A stretch of DNA of 64,000 nt from Gemmatimonadota bacterium (GTDB lineage: Bacteria; Gemmatimonadota; Gemmatimonadetes; Palauibacterales; Palauibacteraceae), in contig JBHHYJ010000004.1 in the NCBI GenBank assembly GCA_046757485.1, forward strand, positions 5,225 through 69,224, read 5' to 3'. This document shows, piece by piece, positions 29,125-37,703 of the stretch. The notes under the pieces are model-generated. The model saw nothing but the letters and a program-made list of their open reading frames with translations. It was not told where the DNA came from and ran no database searches. Each line of letters starts with the position of its first letter. Positions within the stretch are counted from its first letter, which is position 1. A program made the translations under genes and the position numbers.

Positions 29125-29783
29125 GGCAGCCCCACCTTTGGGCACAGCTCCTCCAGAGCGCAACGTCGGCAGGCGGGCCGGGCCGCGGTGCAGATCGTCC
29201 GGCCGTGACGGATGAGCTGCACGTGTAGCGAAAAGCGGACCTCGGGCGGCACGGTCCGGTTCAGGCTTCGGTACGCGGCGTCGCGACTCGCGTCGGCGGA
29301 GATCAGCCCGAGACGGCGGGTCACCCGATGCACGTGAGTGTCCACCGGCAGCAGGGCCCTTCCGAGGGAGAAGCAGAGCACGCAGGCCGCGGTCTTCAGC
29401 CCGACTCCCGAGAACCCGGTCAGGTAGCCGAGCGCCTCCTCGTCCTCCATCTCCGCCAGGTGGTCCAGGCTCGGCGCACCCACCTCGTCGGCGAGCCGAC
29501 GCAACGCCCGCTGAATCGCCCGTGCCTTCCGGGAGGCCAGGCCGGCGGCCCGGATCGTCGCCTCGAGCCGGGCCCGGGGCGCGCGCAGCACGGTCTCCCA
29601 GCTCGGGAACTCTGCCCGGAGGGCGTGCCAGGCCCGGTCACGGTTCCGGTCCGTCGTGTTCTGACTCAGAATCGTGAGGATGAGCTCTTCCAGAGGGTCG
29701 AGACGGGGCTTGGACGCCGGGCCGTGGCGGACCGTGAGCCGGCGCTCGATCTCCCGAGCCCGAGCGGCAGCATTGGACTCCAT
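29121..29783 (-). CDS. nth: Endonuclease III family HhH-GPD DNA glycosylase
   Basis: ILSQNTTD, GVGLKTA, PVDTHV and 4Fe-4S motif CTAARPACRRCALEELC; ATG at 29783. Confidence 0.88.
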   Translation of the reverse strand: MESNAAARAREIERRLTVRHGPASKPRLDPLEELILTILSQNTTDRNRDRAWHALRAEFPSWETVLRAPRARLEATIRAAGLASRKARAIQRALRRLADEVGAPSLDHLAEMEDEEALGYLTGFSGVGLKTAACVLCFSLGRALLPVDTHVHRVTRRLGLISADASRDAAYRSLNRTVPPEVRFSLHVQLIRHGRTICTAARPACRRCALEELCPKVGLP

Positions 29784-29957
29784 TCCCGCCCCCTGTCGAA
29801 TCGCGGTCGGGAGAGTCTCGGCCGGCGCCCTGCGCCCGACCGGCCGTCGCTCGGCCGGCCCGTGCTCCGTACCTTCTCTCCCGGTCCGGACGGACGAGGA
29901 AACGTAGAGCGTCGAGCATCGGCGGTCGAACCCGATCCGGGAGGAGGGGACGGCGGA

Positions 29958-31112
29958 ATGGCACTGTACGTCGGCGTGATGTCGGGCACCTCCCTGGATG
30001 GCATCGACGTGGCCGTGGTGGAGTTCGAGGGTGAGGAGGAGCGGCCGGACCGCTCTCGGCTCGCGGGCTTCGCCACCTATCCGTACGAGCCGGCCTTTCG
30101 CGAACGACTGCGCCGGGCGTGCTCCGCTTCGCTCGCCCGGGAACTCTGCACGCTGAGCTTCGAGCTCGGGGAGCGTTTCGCCACGGCGGTGCTCGACGGG
30201 CTCCGGAGCCTGGGGGTGGATCCTCGGACCGTCGAGGGAGTGGGGAGCCACGGTCAGACGGTGTGGCACGAGCCTCCGGAGGCGGGCGGCCGCGGCTCCG
30301 GCGACGGTTGGAGGGGTGGCGGAACGCTACAGATCGGGGAGCCCTCTCTGATCGCGGAGCGGACCGGGATCTCCGTGGTGGCGGACTTTCGGGTAAGAGA
30401 TCTCGCGGCCGGCGGGCAGGGAGCTCCTCTGACGGCGTACTTCGACCGGCTCTTGCTCACCTCGGGTTCCGCCTCGCGGGTCGTAGTGAACCTGGGGGGG
30501 ATCGGGAACCTGACGGCGCTCCCGAGGGAGGATGACCCGCGGGCTCCGCTCGCCTTCGACACGGGACCGGGCGTGGCACTGCTCGACGCCGCCGCCGCTC
30601 GGCTCACCCGTGAAGCGCTCCACATGGACGAGGGGGGTCGTCTGGCCGCTCGGGGCCGGGTCTGCGAGGCGGCGTTGGCCGAGTGGTGGGCGGACCCGTT
30701 CTTTCGGACGCCACCCCCGCGATCCACCGGTCGGGAGCGGTTCAGCGAGTCCCGGCTGGAGAGCTGGTTGGCCGCGCACGAGGAGCTGGGGACGGAGGAT
30801 GCGCTGGCGACCCTCACGGAGCTGACCGCCCGCGCCGTGACAGAGGCGTTCCGCTGGATCCCGTTCGAGGTGGGGGAGGTCTACCTGTGCGGGGGCGGTG
30901 CCAGGAACCTCGAGCTCCGGCGGCGGATCACGGAGCGGCTGGCTCCCCGGCCGGTGGCCGATCTCGCCGAACTGGGGTGGGATCCCGATGCGCGGGAGGC
31001 CGTCGCCTTCGCCCTTCTGGCCCGCCAGCACCTGGCGGGGATCCCGGTCGCGTGCGGCTGGGCGACCGGCGCCGGTGGCCCGCGGATCCTCGGGAAACGA
31101 GTGCCGGCGTGA
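29958..31112 (+). CDS. anmK: Anhydro-N-acetylmuramic acid kinase
   Basis: GVMSGTSLDGID, GSHGQT, DLAAGGQGAPL, NLGGIGN, FDTGPG, STGRE and EAVAFA. Confidence 0.95.
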   Translation: MALYVGVMSGTSLDGIDVAVVEFEGEEERPDRSRLAGFATYPYEPAFRERLRRACSASLARELCTLSFELGERFATAVLDGLRSLGVDPRTVEGVGSHGQTVWHEPPEAGGRGSGDGWRGGGTLQIGEPSLIAERTGISVVADFRVRDLAAGGQGAPLTAYFDRLLLTSGSASRVVVNLGGIGNLTALPREDDPRAPLAFDTGPGVALLDAAAARLTREALHMDEGGRLAARGRVCEAALAEWWADPFFRTPPPRSTGRERFSESRLESWLAAHEELGTEDALATLTELTARAVTEAFRWIPFEVGEVYLCGGGARNLELRRRITERLAPRPVADLAELGWDPDAREAVAFALLARQHLAGIPVACGWATGAGGPRILGKRVPA

Positions 31113-31119
31113 GGGGAGC

Positions 31120-32778
31120 ATGAGAGCCCCGGGTGGTCTGTTCGTGGCCGCCCTGCGGCTCGATCGGTGGCCGGCCACCCGGGTCCGCCAGCGCGCCCGC
31201 AGGGCCCTCGAGCTGGAGGTGGCCGGGTTTCTGCTCTTCGGCGGGTCCGCCGAGGAGGTGTCTCGGCTGACCCGGTGGCTCCGGGAGGAGGCAGGGCGGG
31301 CTCTTCTTCTGGCCGCCGACCTGGAACGGGGGGCCGGGCAACAGTTTCGGGGAGCCACGCGCCTCCCGCCGCCGGCCGCGCTGGCCGCTCACCCCGACCC
31401 TGAGAAGGCCGTCCGCGCGGCGGCTCGACTCACCGCCGAGCAGGCTCGGGAGCTGGGGATCAACTGGGTTCTGGCCCCGGTGCTCGACCTGGACGCGGAG
31501 CCTCGGAATCCGATCGTCGGCACGAGGAGCTTCGGGGCGGATCCGGAGCGGGTGGCGGAGCTGGGCAGGCTCTGGGTGCAGAGCTGCCAGAGGGCGGGTG
31601 TGGCCTGCTGCGCGAAGCACTTTCCGGGGCACGGGCGCACGACGACCGACTCGCACACGGAGCTGCCCGTGGTGACCGCGTCGCGGGAGCGCATGGAGGC
31701 GGACCTGGTGCCGTTCGGGCGGGTCGCCGACTGCGTGGAGAGCGTGATGACGGCCCACGTCGCCTACCCGGCCCTGGGAGCATCCGGTCCGGCGGCGCTC
31801 AGCGAGCCGCTCCTGCGGGGGCTCCTCCGTCGGGATCTCGGGTTCCGCGGGCTCGTGGTCACCGACGCCCTCATCATGGCCGGCTTCCGCTCGCGTGCAG
31901 GGAGGGAGGCGGCACCCTCGGAGGATGCGGGGGCCGTGGAGTCGGATCGGCCGTCGGAGGGCGCCCTCATGGCCAGGGCCGTCGCGGCGGGATGCGACCT
32001 GCTGCTGTATCCGCGCGCGCTCCGGCAGGCGGTGAGCGGTCTGGAGCGAGCCGTGGCCGAGGACTCCGAGCTCGCCCGCGCGGCGTCCCGCTCCCTTCGT
32101 CGGATCGGAGAGTTCGCCCGACGAGTGGACGAAGGAACGGGCGGCCGCGAGCAAGGAGCCGGAGGGAGGGTGCCGAAGCCTGGCGGGCGCGGTACCGGTG
32201 GGCGGGAGGCACGGCCTGGCCAGGGGAGCCAGCGGCTCGCCCTGGGCCTCGCGGTGGAGAGCCTCAGAGCCGTCGGACCCGTCCCCGGGTTCGACCGGGA
32301 GGGACCCACGGAGATCCTGGGGTTCGGTCGCCGGGCGGACGGGCCGCCGGGAGCGGGCGAGGAGCTTGAGGGGGGGGAGATGGAGGAGCGCGGCGGGCCC
32401 GGAGCGGCGTTCGCCGACGAGCTCGGGACGCTGGGCTGGCAGGCCGTGTCGGTCGTCTGCCCGCCGGTGGGCGACACGGCGCTCGGGGCGGGCCGAGAAG
32501 GCGGAGGCCCGACGCCGCCTCGCCGGACCTCGGAGGGAAAGCAGCGAATCGTGGTCCTCGGCTGGCCCCCCCGAGCGTGGAGCGGAGGGGCGGAGCCCGA
32601 CGCGGAGCTGTGCGGAGCGATCCGGCGGACCGCCAGCGGCGAGGTGCCCCGCTGGATCGTCGTGCTGGGTCACCCTCGGATCCTGGCGAAGATCGGAGCT
32701 CCCGGCCTGTGCGCCTGGTCTGACGGACCGCTCATGGAGCGCGCCGCCGCCCGCTGGCTGAACGCTCGGATCGGGTGA
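31120..32778 (+). CDS. nagZ: GH3 beta-N-acetylhexosaminidase (NagZ-like)
   Basis: ADLERG, APVLD, RSFG, KHFPGHGRTTTDSH, VMTAH and VTDAL. Confidence 0.88.
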   Translation: MRAPGGLFVAALRLDRWPATRVRQRARRALELEVAGFLLFGGSAEEVSRLTRWLREEAGRALLLAADLERGAGQQFRGATRLPPPAALAAHPDPEKAVRAAARLTAEQARELGINWVLAPVLDLDAEPRNPIVGTRSFGADPERVAELGRLWVQSCQRAGVACCAKHFPGHGRTTTDSHTELPVVTASRERMEADLVPFGRVADCVESVMTAHVAYPALGASGPAALSEPLLRGLLRRDLGFRGLVVTDALIMAGFRSRAGREAAPSEDAGAVESDRPSEGALMARAVAAGCDLLLYPRALRQAVSGLERAVAEDSELARAASRSLRRIGEFARRVDEGTGGREQGAGGRVPKPGGRGTGGREARPGQGSQRLALGLAVESLRAVGPVPGFDREGPTEILGFGRRADGPPGAGEELEGGEMEERGGPGAAFADELGTLGWQAVSVVCPPVGDTALGAGREGGGPTPPRRTSEGKQRIVVLGWPPRAWSGGAEPDAELCGAIRRTASGEVPRWIVVLGHPRILAKIGAPGLCAWSDGPLMERAAARWLNARIG

Positions 32779-32785
32779 GGGTCCG

Positions 32786-34561
32786 CTGACGGGGCTGGAC
32801 TGGGCCGTGATCGGCGCCTATCTGGTGCTGACCCTGGCCGTGGGGCTGTGGCTGGCCCGCCGGGCGAAAGGCGGGCTGGAGGACTTCTTCGTCGGCGGCC
32901 GCTCGCTCCCCTGGTGGCTGGCCGGGACCTCTATGGCCGCCACGACGTTCAGCGTGGACACGCCGCTGTACGTGACCGGCCTGGTCGCCCGGCGGGGCAT
33001 CGCGGGCAACTGGGAATGGTGGGCCTTCGCCCTCTCCCACCTCCTCCTCATCTACCTCTTCGCGCGGCTGTGGCGTCGCGCGAAGGTGGTGACGGACGTG
33101 GAGCTGAGCGAGATCCGGTACGGAGGCAGACCGGCCGCGATCCTGCGGGCGACCCGCGCGTTTCTCTTCGCCGTTCCGATCAACTGCATCGCGATCGGCT
33201 ACGTCATGCTCGCGATGCGCAAGGTGATCGTGGCCCTCGGCGTTCTGGAAGGCCTCCCCGCCTGGCTGCCGGGGGATGCGCGTCTGTGGGCAGTCGTACT
33301 CCTGTGCGCTTTCGTGCTCGTCTACGCGGGGATCTCGGGTCTGTGGGGCGTCGTGGCCACGGACTTTTTCCAGTTCCTCCTCGCGATGGGGGGCGCGCTG
33401 CTCGTCACCGGGTTCGCCCTCGCGGAGATCGGGGGGGTGGGACCGCTGAAGGAACAGCTCGTGGGGTCAGGGCGCGGCGATGCCCTCCACATGCTCCCGA
33501 GACCCGGCTCGGCGGAGCTTCCCCTCGTCACCTTTCTCTCCTACCTGGGAATCCAGTGGTGGGCGTTCCGGCGCTCCGACGGAGGCGGGGAGTTCGTCCA
33601 GCGGCTCTCGGCGTGCCGGGACGAGCGAGATGCGGAGCGCGCCGCATGGCTCTTCGCCGTGCTGCACTACGTGGTGCGCGCGTGGCCGTGGATCCTGGCC
33701 GGGCTCGCCGCCCTGCTCATCTTCCCTCATCTGGAAGACCCGGAGCTCGGCTATCCTCTCCTCATGCTGCGCTACCTGCCCGCGGGCCTGCTCGGGCTCG
33801 TGGCCGCCTCCTTCGTGGCCGCCTTCATGTCCACCGTCTCCACCCAGATCAACTGGGGAGCCAGCTACCTGGTCAACGACCTCTACGGCCGGTTCGTGAA
33901 CCGGGACGCGAGTCCCGCCCGTCAGGTCGGGATGGGGCGGGTCGCCTCCGTGCTCATCGTGGCCCTGGGCGGGATCGCGGCGTTCTACGCCGACGACATC
34001 GGGACGGTCTTCCGACTCATGATCATCCTCGGCACCGGTCCGGGCGCCGTGTTGATCCTGCGCTGGTTCTGGTGGCGAGTGAACGCGTGGGCGGAGCTCA
34101 CGGCGATGCTCGGCGGTTTCGGGATCGGCCTGCTCACGTATGTTCTGTGGGGTGATATGGAGTTCGGGGTGCGCCTGCAGGTGACGGCCGGTGGGTCGGC
34201 CCTGGTGTGGATCCCGGTGATGCTCCTGACGGCGCCGGAATCGGGGTCGACGCTCGTGGCGTTTTATCGCCGCGCGAGACCCGGCGGGCCGGGATGGAAC
34301 CGGATCCGGAGAGAGGCGGCCGTGCCGCCCGGGGCCCGCCTCGCCGCGGACCTGGAACGGGTGGGCTGGGCCTCGCTCATCCTCTTCGGGACCGCGTTCG
34401 CCGTCGGGGGGGCCGCCCTGCTGGAGCCGGGGACGGCTCTGGCCAGCGGCGCCGTCGCGGGGATCGGCGCTCTGGGTCTCGCCGTGCGGACGAGGAGGCG
34501 GCAGGCTGAACCGACGGGCCGGGGCATGGAGCGGGGCGACGGCGTGGGGGGGAAGGGATGA
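32786..34561 (+). CDS. Sodium:solute symporter (SSS) family transporter
   Basis: FFVGGRSLPWWLAGTSMAATTF, AAFMST..TQINWGASY and RWFWWRVNAW; start uncertain (32786-32807). Confidence 0.92.
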   Translation: MTGLDWAVIGAYLVLTLAVGLWLARRAKGGLEDFFVGGRSLPWWLAGTSMAATTFSVDTPLYVTGLVARRGIAGNWEWWAFALSHLLLIYLFARLWRRAKVVTDVELSEIRYGGRPAAILRATRAFLFAVPINCIAIGYVMLAMRKVIVALGVLEGLPAWLPGDARLWAVVLLCAFVLVYAGISGLWGVVATDFFQFLLAMGGALLVTGFALAEIGGVGPLKEQLVGSGRGDALHMLPRPGSAELPLVTFLSYLGIQWWAFRRSDGGGEFVQRLSACRDERDAERAAWLFAVLHYVVRAWPWILAGLAALLIFPHLEDPELGYPLLMLRYLPAGLLGLVAASFVAAFMSTVSTQINWGASYLVNDLYGRFVNRDASPARQVGMGRVASVLIVALGGIAAFYADDIGTVFRLMIILGTGPGAVLILRWFWWRVNAWAELTAMLGGFGIGLLTYVLWGDMEFGVRLQVTAGGSALVWIPVMLLTAPESGSTLVAFYRRARPGGPGWNRIRREAAVPPGARLAADLERVGWASLILFGTAFAVGGAALLEPGTALASGAVAGIGALGLAVRTRRRQAEPTGRGMERGDGVGGKG

Positions 34562-34583
34562 GAGGGCACGCTCGGAGGCAGGG

Positions 34584-36782
34584 ATGAGGCGCCGCGCTCG
34601 GACGGGCAGGCCCTGCGCGGCGGCCCTTCAGCCGCCCGCCCGGGGGTCCGCGCTTCAGCCGCCCGCCCGGGGGTCCGCGCTTCAGCCGCTCGCCCGGGGG
34701 TCCGCGCTGCTGCTGACCGCCTGCGGGGCGGCGTGGTTGCTGACCGGCTGCGGGGCGACCCCTGCGCCCGACCTGGCCCCGAATCCCGGTCCCCGGCCCG
34801 GTCCGCAGATCCCCTCTCAGGAGACCGCGCAAGCCGCGGGCCAAGCCCCGGCCCCCGACACCCTCCGGGGGCTGCCGCCGGCCCCCGCCGCCCGGGGAGG
34901 GGAGCCCCGGCTCGGGCCGGTGGACGGAGAGCCTCCGGTTCGCGTCCCGTTCCTCCGGGGCCCGCTGGCGCTGCGCGTGCAGTATCCCGAGGAGAGACAG
35001 CGGATCTCGGTTCGAGATTCCAACTTCCTGTTCGGAACCGTGGGAACGGGCGGGGCCACCCTCGAGATTGACGGGCGACGGGTCGCCGTCGAGCCGAACG
35101 GGGCGTTCCTCGCGTGGCTCCCGGTGCCCGCGCTGCCGGGAGCGGACAGCGCGGTTTACCGGCTCGTCGCCCGGCGAGGCGCCGAGGCGGACTCGCTCCG
35201 CCGGGTGGTTCTGCTCCCACCGGAGCCGTACGTCGGCCCGCCGGGCACGGTGTGGCTGGACACCGCCGCGCTCCTGCCGCCGATCGAGCGTTGGCTGCTG
35301 CCGCGGGAGGCGCTGAAGCTGCGGGTACGCGGGGCTCCCGGCCTGCGGGTGTCGTTCGGGGTGGGATCCGGTGGCCGGGAGCTGAGGGAGACGCGTCGGA
35401 GCCCGACGGTCAGCGAGTACCGGCTCCGCCTTCGAGCGGCCCGTCTCCTCCGCCTGGTCGGCGAGGGGGAGGATCCGGCCGGCGGAGAGCGCTCCTCGAG
35501 GGCCGGTCTCGACACGGTGGAGGTGGAGCTGGTGGGGGCCGGCGAGTCGGATACGGTGAGGCTGAGGAGGTTGCTGCCCCTGCGACTCCTGGACCCGGAG
35601 GACCTCCCGGTGGCGGAGCTGCGGGAGGCACCGGATTCCGTGAACGGGGCGAGCGGCGTGGTCGTGGGGCGCCCGACCCCGTACGGGCCGTACGCGTGGC
35701 GGTTCCCCGTGGGCACCCGGGCCGCCGTGGAAGGGCGGCTGGGAGATCGGCTCCGGCTTCGACTGGCTCCGGATCTGGCCGCCTGGGTGGGAGAGGAGGA
35801 TGCGCGGCTCCTGCCGGAGGGGACCGATGCGCCGCGGAGCCCGGTGGGCGACGTACGAGTGGAGCCGCGATCCGACGGGCTCGTGGTCCGGCTGGACCTG
35901 GACGTTCCCGTACCGGTCCAGGTGGAGCAGCCGGACGACCGGACCGTGCGCCTCACGCTGTACGGGGCATGGGGGGAGACGGAGCGCGTGTCGTACGGCG
36001 CGACGGACCCGTGGCTCGAGTCGGTTCAATGGGCGCCGGGAGCGGGCGGACGCTACGGACTCACCCTGCGTCTCCGCAGGCCGGCTTGGGGATATCGGGT
36101 GGCGTACGACCTCGGGGGCTCCCCGGCGGGCGAGCGGGAGGAAGGCGACCGGAGCCCCGCCGGGAGCGCCCGTCCGGAGCTTCGGGTGGAGGTCCGGCGT
36201 CCGCCGCCCATCGATGCGGAACGGCCCCTGCGTGGCCGTCGCATCGCGGTGGACCCCGGCCATCCCGGCGGCGGTGCCCACGGTCCCACCGGCTACTACG
36301 AGGGGGACGCGAACCTGGCCGTGGCCCGACGACTGGCGGGCCTTCTGGAACGGGAGGGCGCCGAGGCGATCCTCGTCCGAGACGATACCCTCCCGGTAGG
36401 GCTGTACGAGCGGACCGCCAGGGCCGAGCGGGCGGAGGCGGAGCTGTTCGTCAGCATCCACGCCAACGCCCTGCCGGACGGTGTACGGCCCTACGGCCGT
36501 GAGGGGACGAGTACGTACTACTACCACCCCCACTCCCGGGCTCTGGCGGCATCGGTGCAGGCCGGGATGCGGGAAACGCTGGGCCTCAGGGACCTGGGGA
36601 TCCTGTGGGGAGATCTGGCGGTAGTCCGCGCCTCCTGGATGCCGTCGATCCTCACCGAGGGCGCCTTCATGATGTTCCCCGTGCACGAGGCGGCCCTCCG
36701 CACGCCGGAGTTTCAGCTTCGATACGCGCGAGGCGTGTTGGAAGGGATTCGGCGCTTTCTGGGTGAGCGCGCCACTCCTTGA
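34584..36782 (+). CDS. N-acetylmuramoyl-L-alanine amidase (Amidase_3) lipoprotein
   Basis: Lipobox LLTGC; C-terminal VDPGHPG, E..ANL, FVSIHANA and ILTEGAF. Confidence 0.9.
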   Translation: MRRRARTGRPCAAALQPPARGSALQPPARGSALQPLARGSALLLTACGAAWLLTGCGATPAPDLAPNPGPRPGPQIPSQETAQAAGQAPAPDTLRGLPPAPAARGGEPRLGPVDGEPPVRVPFLRGPLALRVQYPEERQRISVRDSNFLFGTVGTGGATLEIDGRRVAVEPNGAFLAWLPVPALPGADSAVYRLVARRGAEADSLRRVVLLPPEPYVGPPGTVWLDTAALLPPIERWLLPREALKLRVRGAPGLRVSFGVGSGGRELRETRRSPTVSEYRLRLRAARLLRLVGEGEDPAGGERSSRAGLDTVEVELVGAGESDTVRLRRLLPLRLLDPEDLPVAELREAPDSVNGASGVVVGRPTPYGPYAWRFPVGTRAAVEGRLGDRLRLRLAPDLAAWVGEEDARLLPEGTDAPRSPVGDVRVEPRSDGLVVRLDLDVPVPVQVEQPDDRTVRLTLYGAWGETERVSYGATDPWLESVQWAPGAGGRYGLTLRLRRPAWGYRVAYDLGGSPAGEREEGDRSPAGSARPELRVEVRRPPPIDAERPLRGRRIAVDPGHPGGGAHGPTGYYEGDANLAVARRLAGLLEREGAEAILVRDDTLPVGLYERTARAERAEAELFVSIHANALPDGVRPYGREGTSTYYYHPHSRALAASVQAGMRETLGLRDLGILWGDLAVVRASWMPSILTEGAFMMFPVHEAALRTPEFQLRYARGVLEGIRRFLGERATP
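34626..34706 (+). repeat. 27-bp tandem repeat, 3 copies (CTTCAGCCGCYCGCCCGGGGGTCCGCG)
   Basis: Units at 34626, 34653 and 34680 with a single mismatch; encodes (LQPPARGSA)x3. Confidence 0.9.
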
Positions 36783-36820
36783 GTGGGCGACCCCGGGGGC
36801 GGTCGAGGAAGGAGCGGCAG

Positions 36821-37363
36821 ATGACGGAGCTCGCGGAGCTGACGACGGCGGTCCGGCCGGAGATCCATGCGACGGCGTTCGTCGCCCCATCCGCCGACCT
36901 GGTGGGAGATGTGCGGCTGGGCCGAGAGGCGAGCGTTTGGTACGGTTGTGTTCTCCGCGGCGACATGGCGCCGATCCGCATCGGCGAGGCGACGAACATC
37001 CAAGACCTCACGGTGGTGCACGTGGATGTGGACCGGCCCGCGGTGGTGGGCGCCCGCGTCGGGATCGGCCATCGAGCCATCATCCACGGGTGTGAGATCG
37101 AGGACGAGTGCCTCATCGGGATGGGTGCGATCGTGCTTTCGGGAGCCGTCATCGGCCGAGGCTCTCTGGTGGCCGCCGGGGCGGTGGTCACGGAAGGAGC
37201 TCAGGTGCCGCCGGGAAGCCTGGTGGTCGGCGTGCCGGGGAGGGTCGTCCGCGAGGTGGACGCGGAGCTCGGAAGGCGAATGCGGGAGACCGTGGAGCAC
37301 TATCTGCTGCTTCGTGAGGGGCATCGGAAGGGGAGATGGAGACAGCCGTCCGCGGGGCCTTGA
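36821..37363 (+). CDS. Gamma carbonic anhydrase family hexapeptide-repeat protein (YrdA/PaaY-like)
   Basis: VWYGCVLRGD, TNIQD, VVH, IGHRAIIHGC and LIGMGA. Confidence 0.93.
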   Translation: MTELAELTTAVRPEIHATAFVAPSADLVGDVRLGREASVWYGCVLRGDMAPIRIGEATNIQDLTVVHVDVDRPAVVGARVGIGHRAIIHGCEIEDECLIGMGAIVLSGAVIGRGSLVAAGAVVTEGAQVPPGSLVVGVPGRVVREVDAELGRRMRETVEHYLLLREGHRKGRWRQPSAGP

Positions 37364-37389
37364 CCCCCAACATGTCGTGGTGTTAGTAT
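37360..37389 (+). promoter_or_regulatory. Putative sigma70 promoter of nrdJ
   Basis: TTGACC (37360-65), 18-bp spacer, extended -10 TGnTAGTAT (37381-89). Confidence 0.65.
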
Positions 37390-37412
37390 GGCGCTGCCAC
37401 TATATGTTGGGG
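37365..37412. promoter_or_regulatory. Tandem NrdR boxes upstream of nrdJ
   Basis: CCCCAACATGTCGTGG (37365-80) and CCACTATATGTTGGGG (37397-412), 32 bp apart, match acaCwAtATaTwGtgt and overlap the promoter. Confidence 0.85.
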
Positions 37413-37703
37413 TTCGGATGTGGAGAGGGCGTCGAAAAGCCGATCCCCGACGTGGAGAAGCGGAGAGCCGCGGTGGAGAACCCCGGCTCCGTCCGACCGC
37501 AAACAAATCCCGACTTCAGGGTACCATCAGGCGGGCCATGGCTCGCGGTGGTGTCGCTGTCCGTCGGACCCCGGGGATCGCCGGCGCGCTCTCCGGGCTC
37601 CGGCCGACGAACGTCTCTTCGGGGAAAGCGGTCGATCCGACCGCGCTGACCGGCCAGCGCGAGCGTCTCACGAACCGGAGGATCCGAGGAGAAGCGCCGA
37701 ACG

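Noticed and set aside
34626-34706. Tandem repeats (here and at 661-730) as a possible CRISPR array
   Set aside because: There are no spacers of CRISPR length, the repeats are in frame within coding sequence, and no cas genes are present
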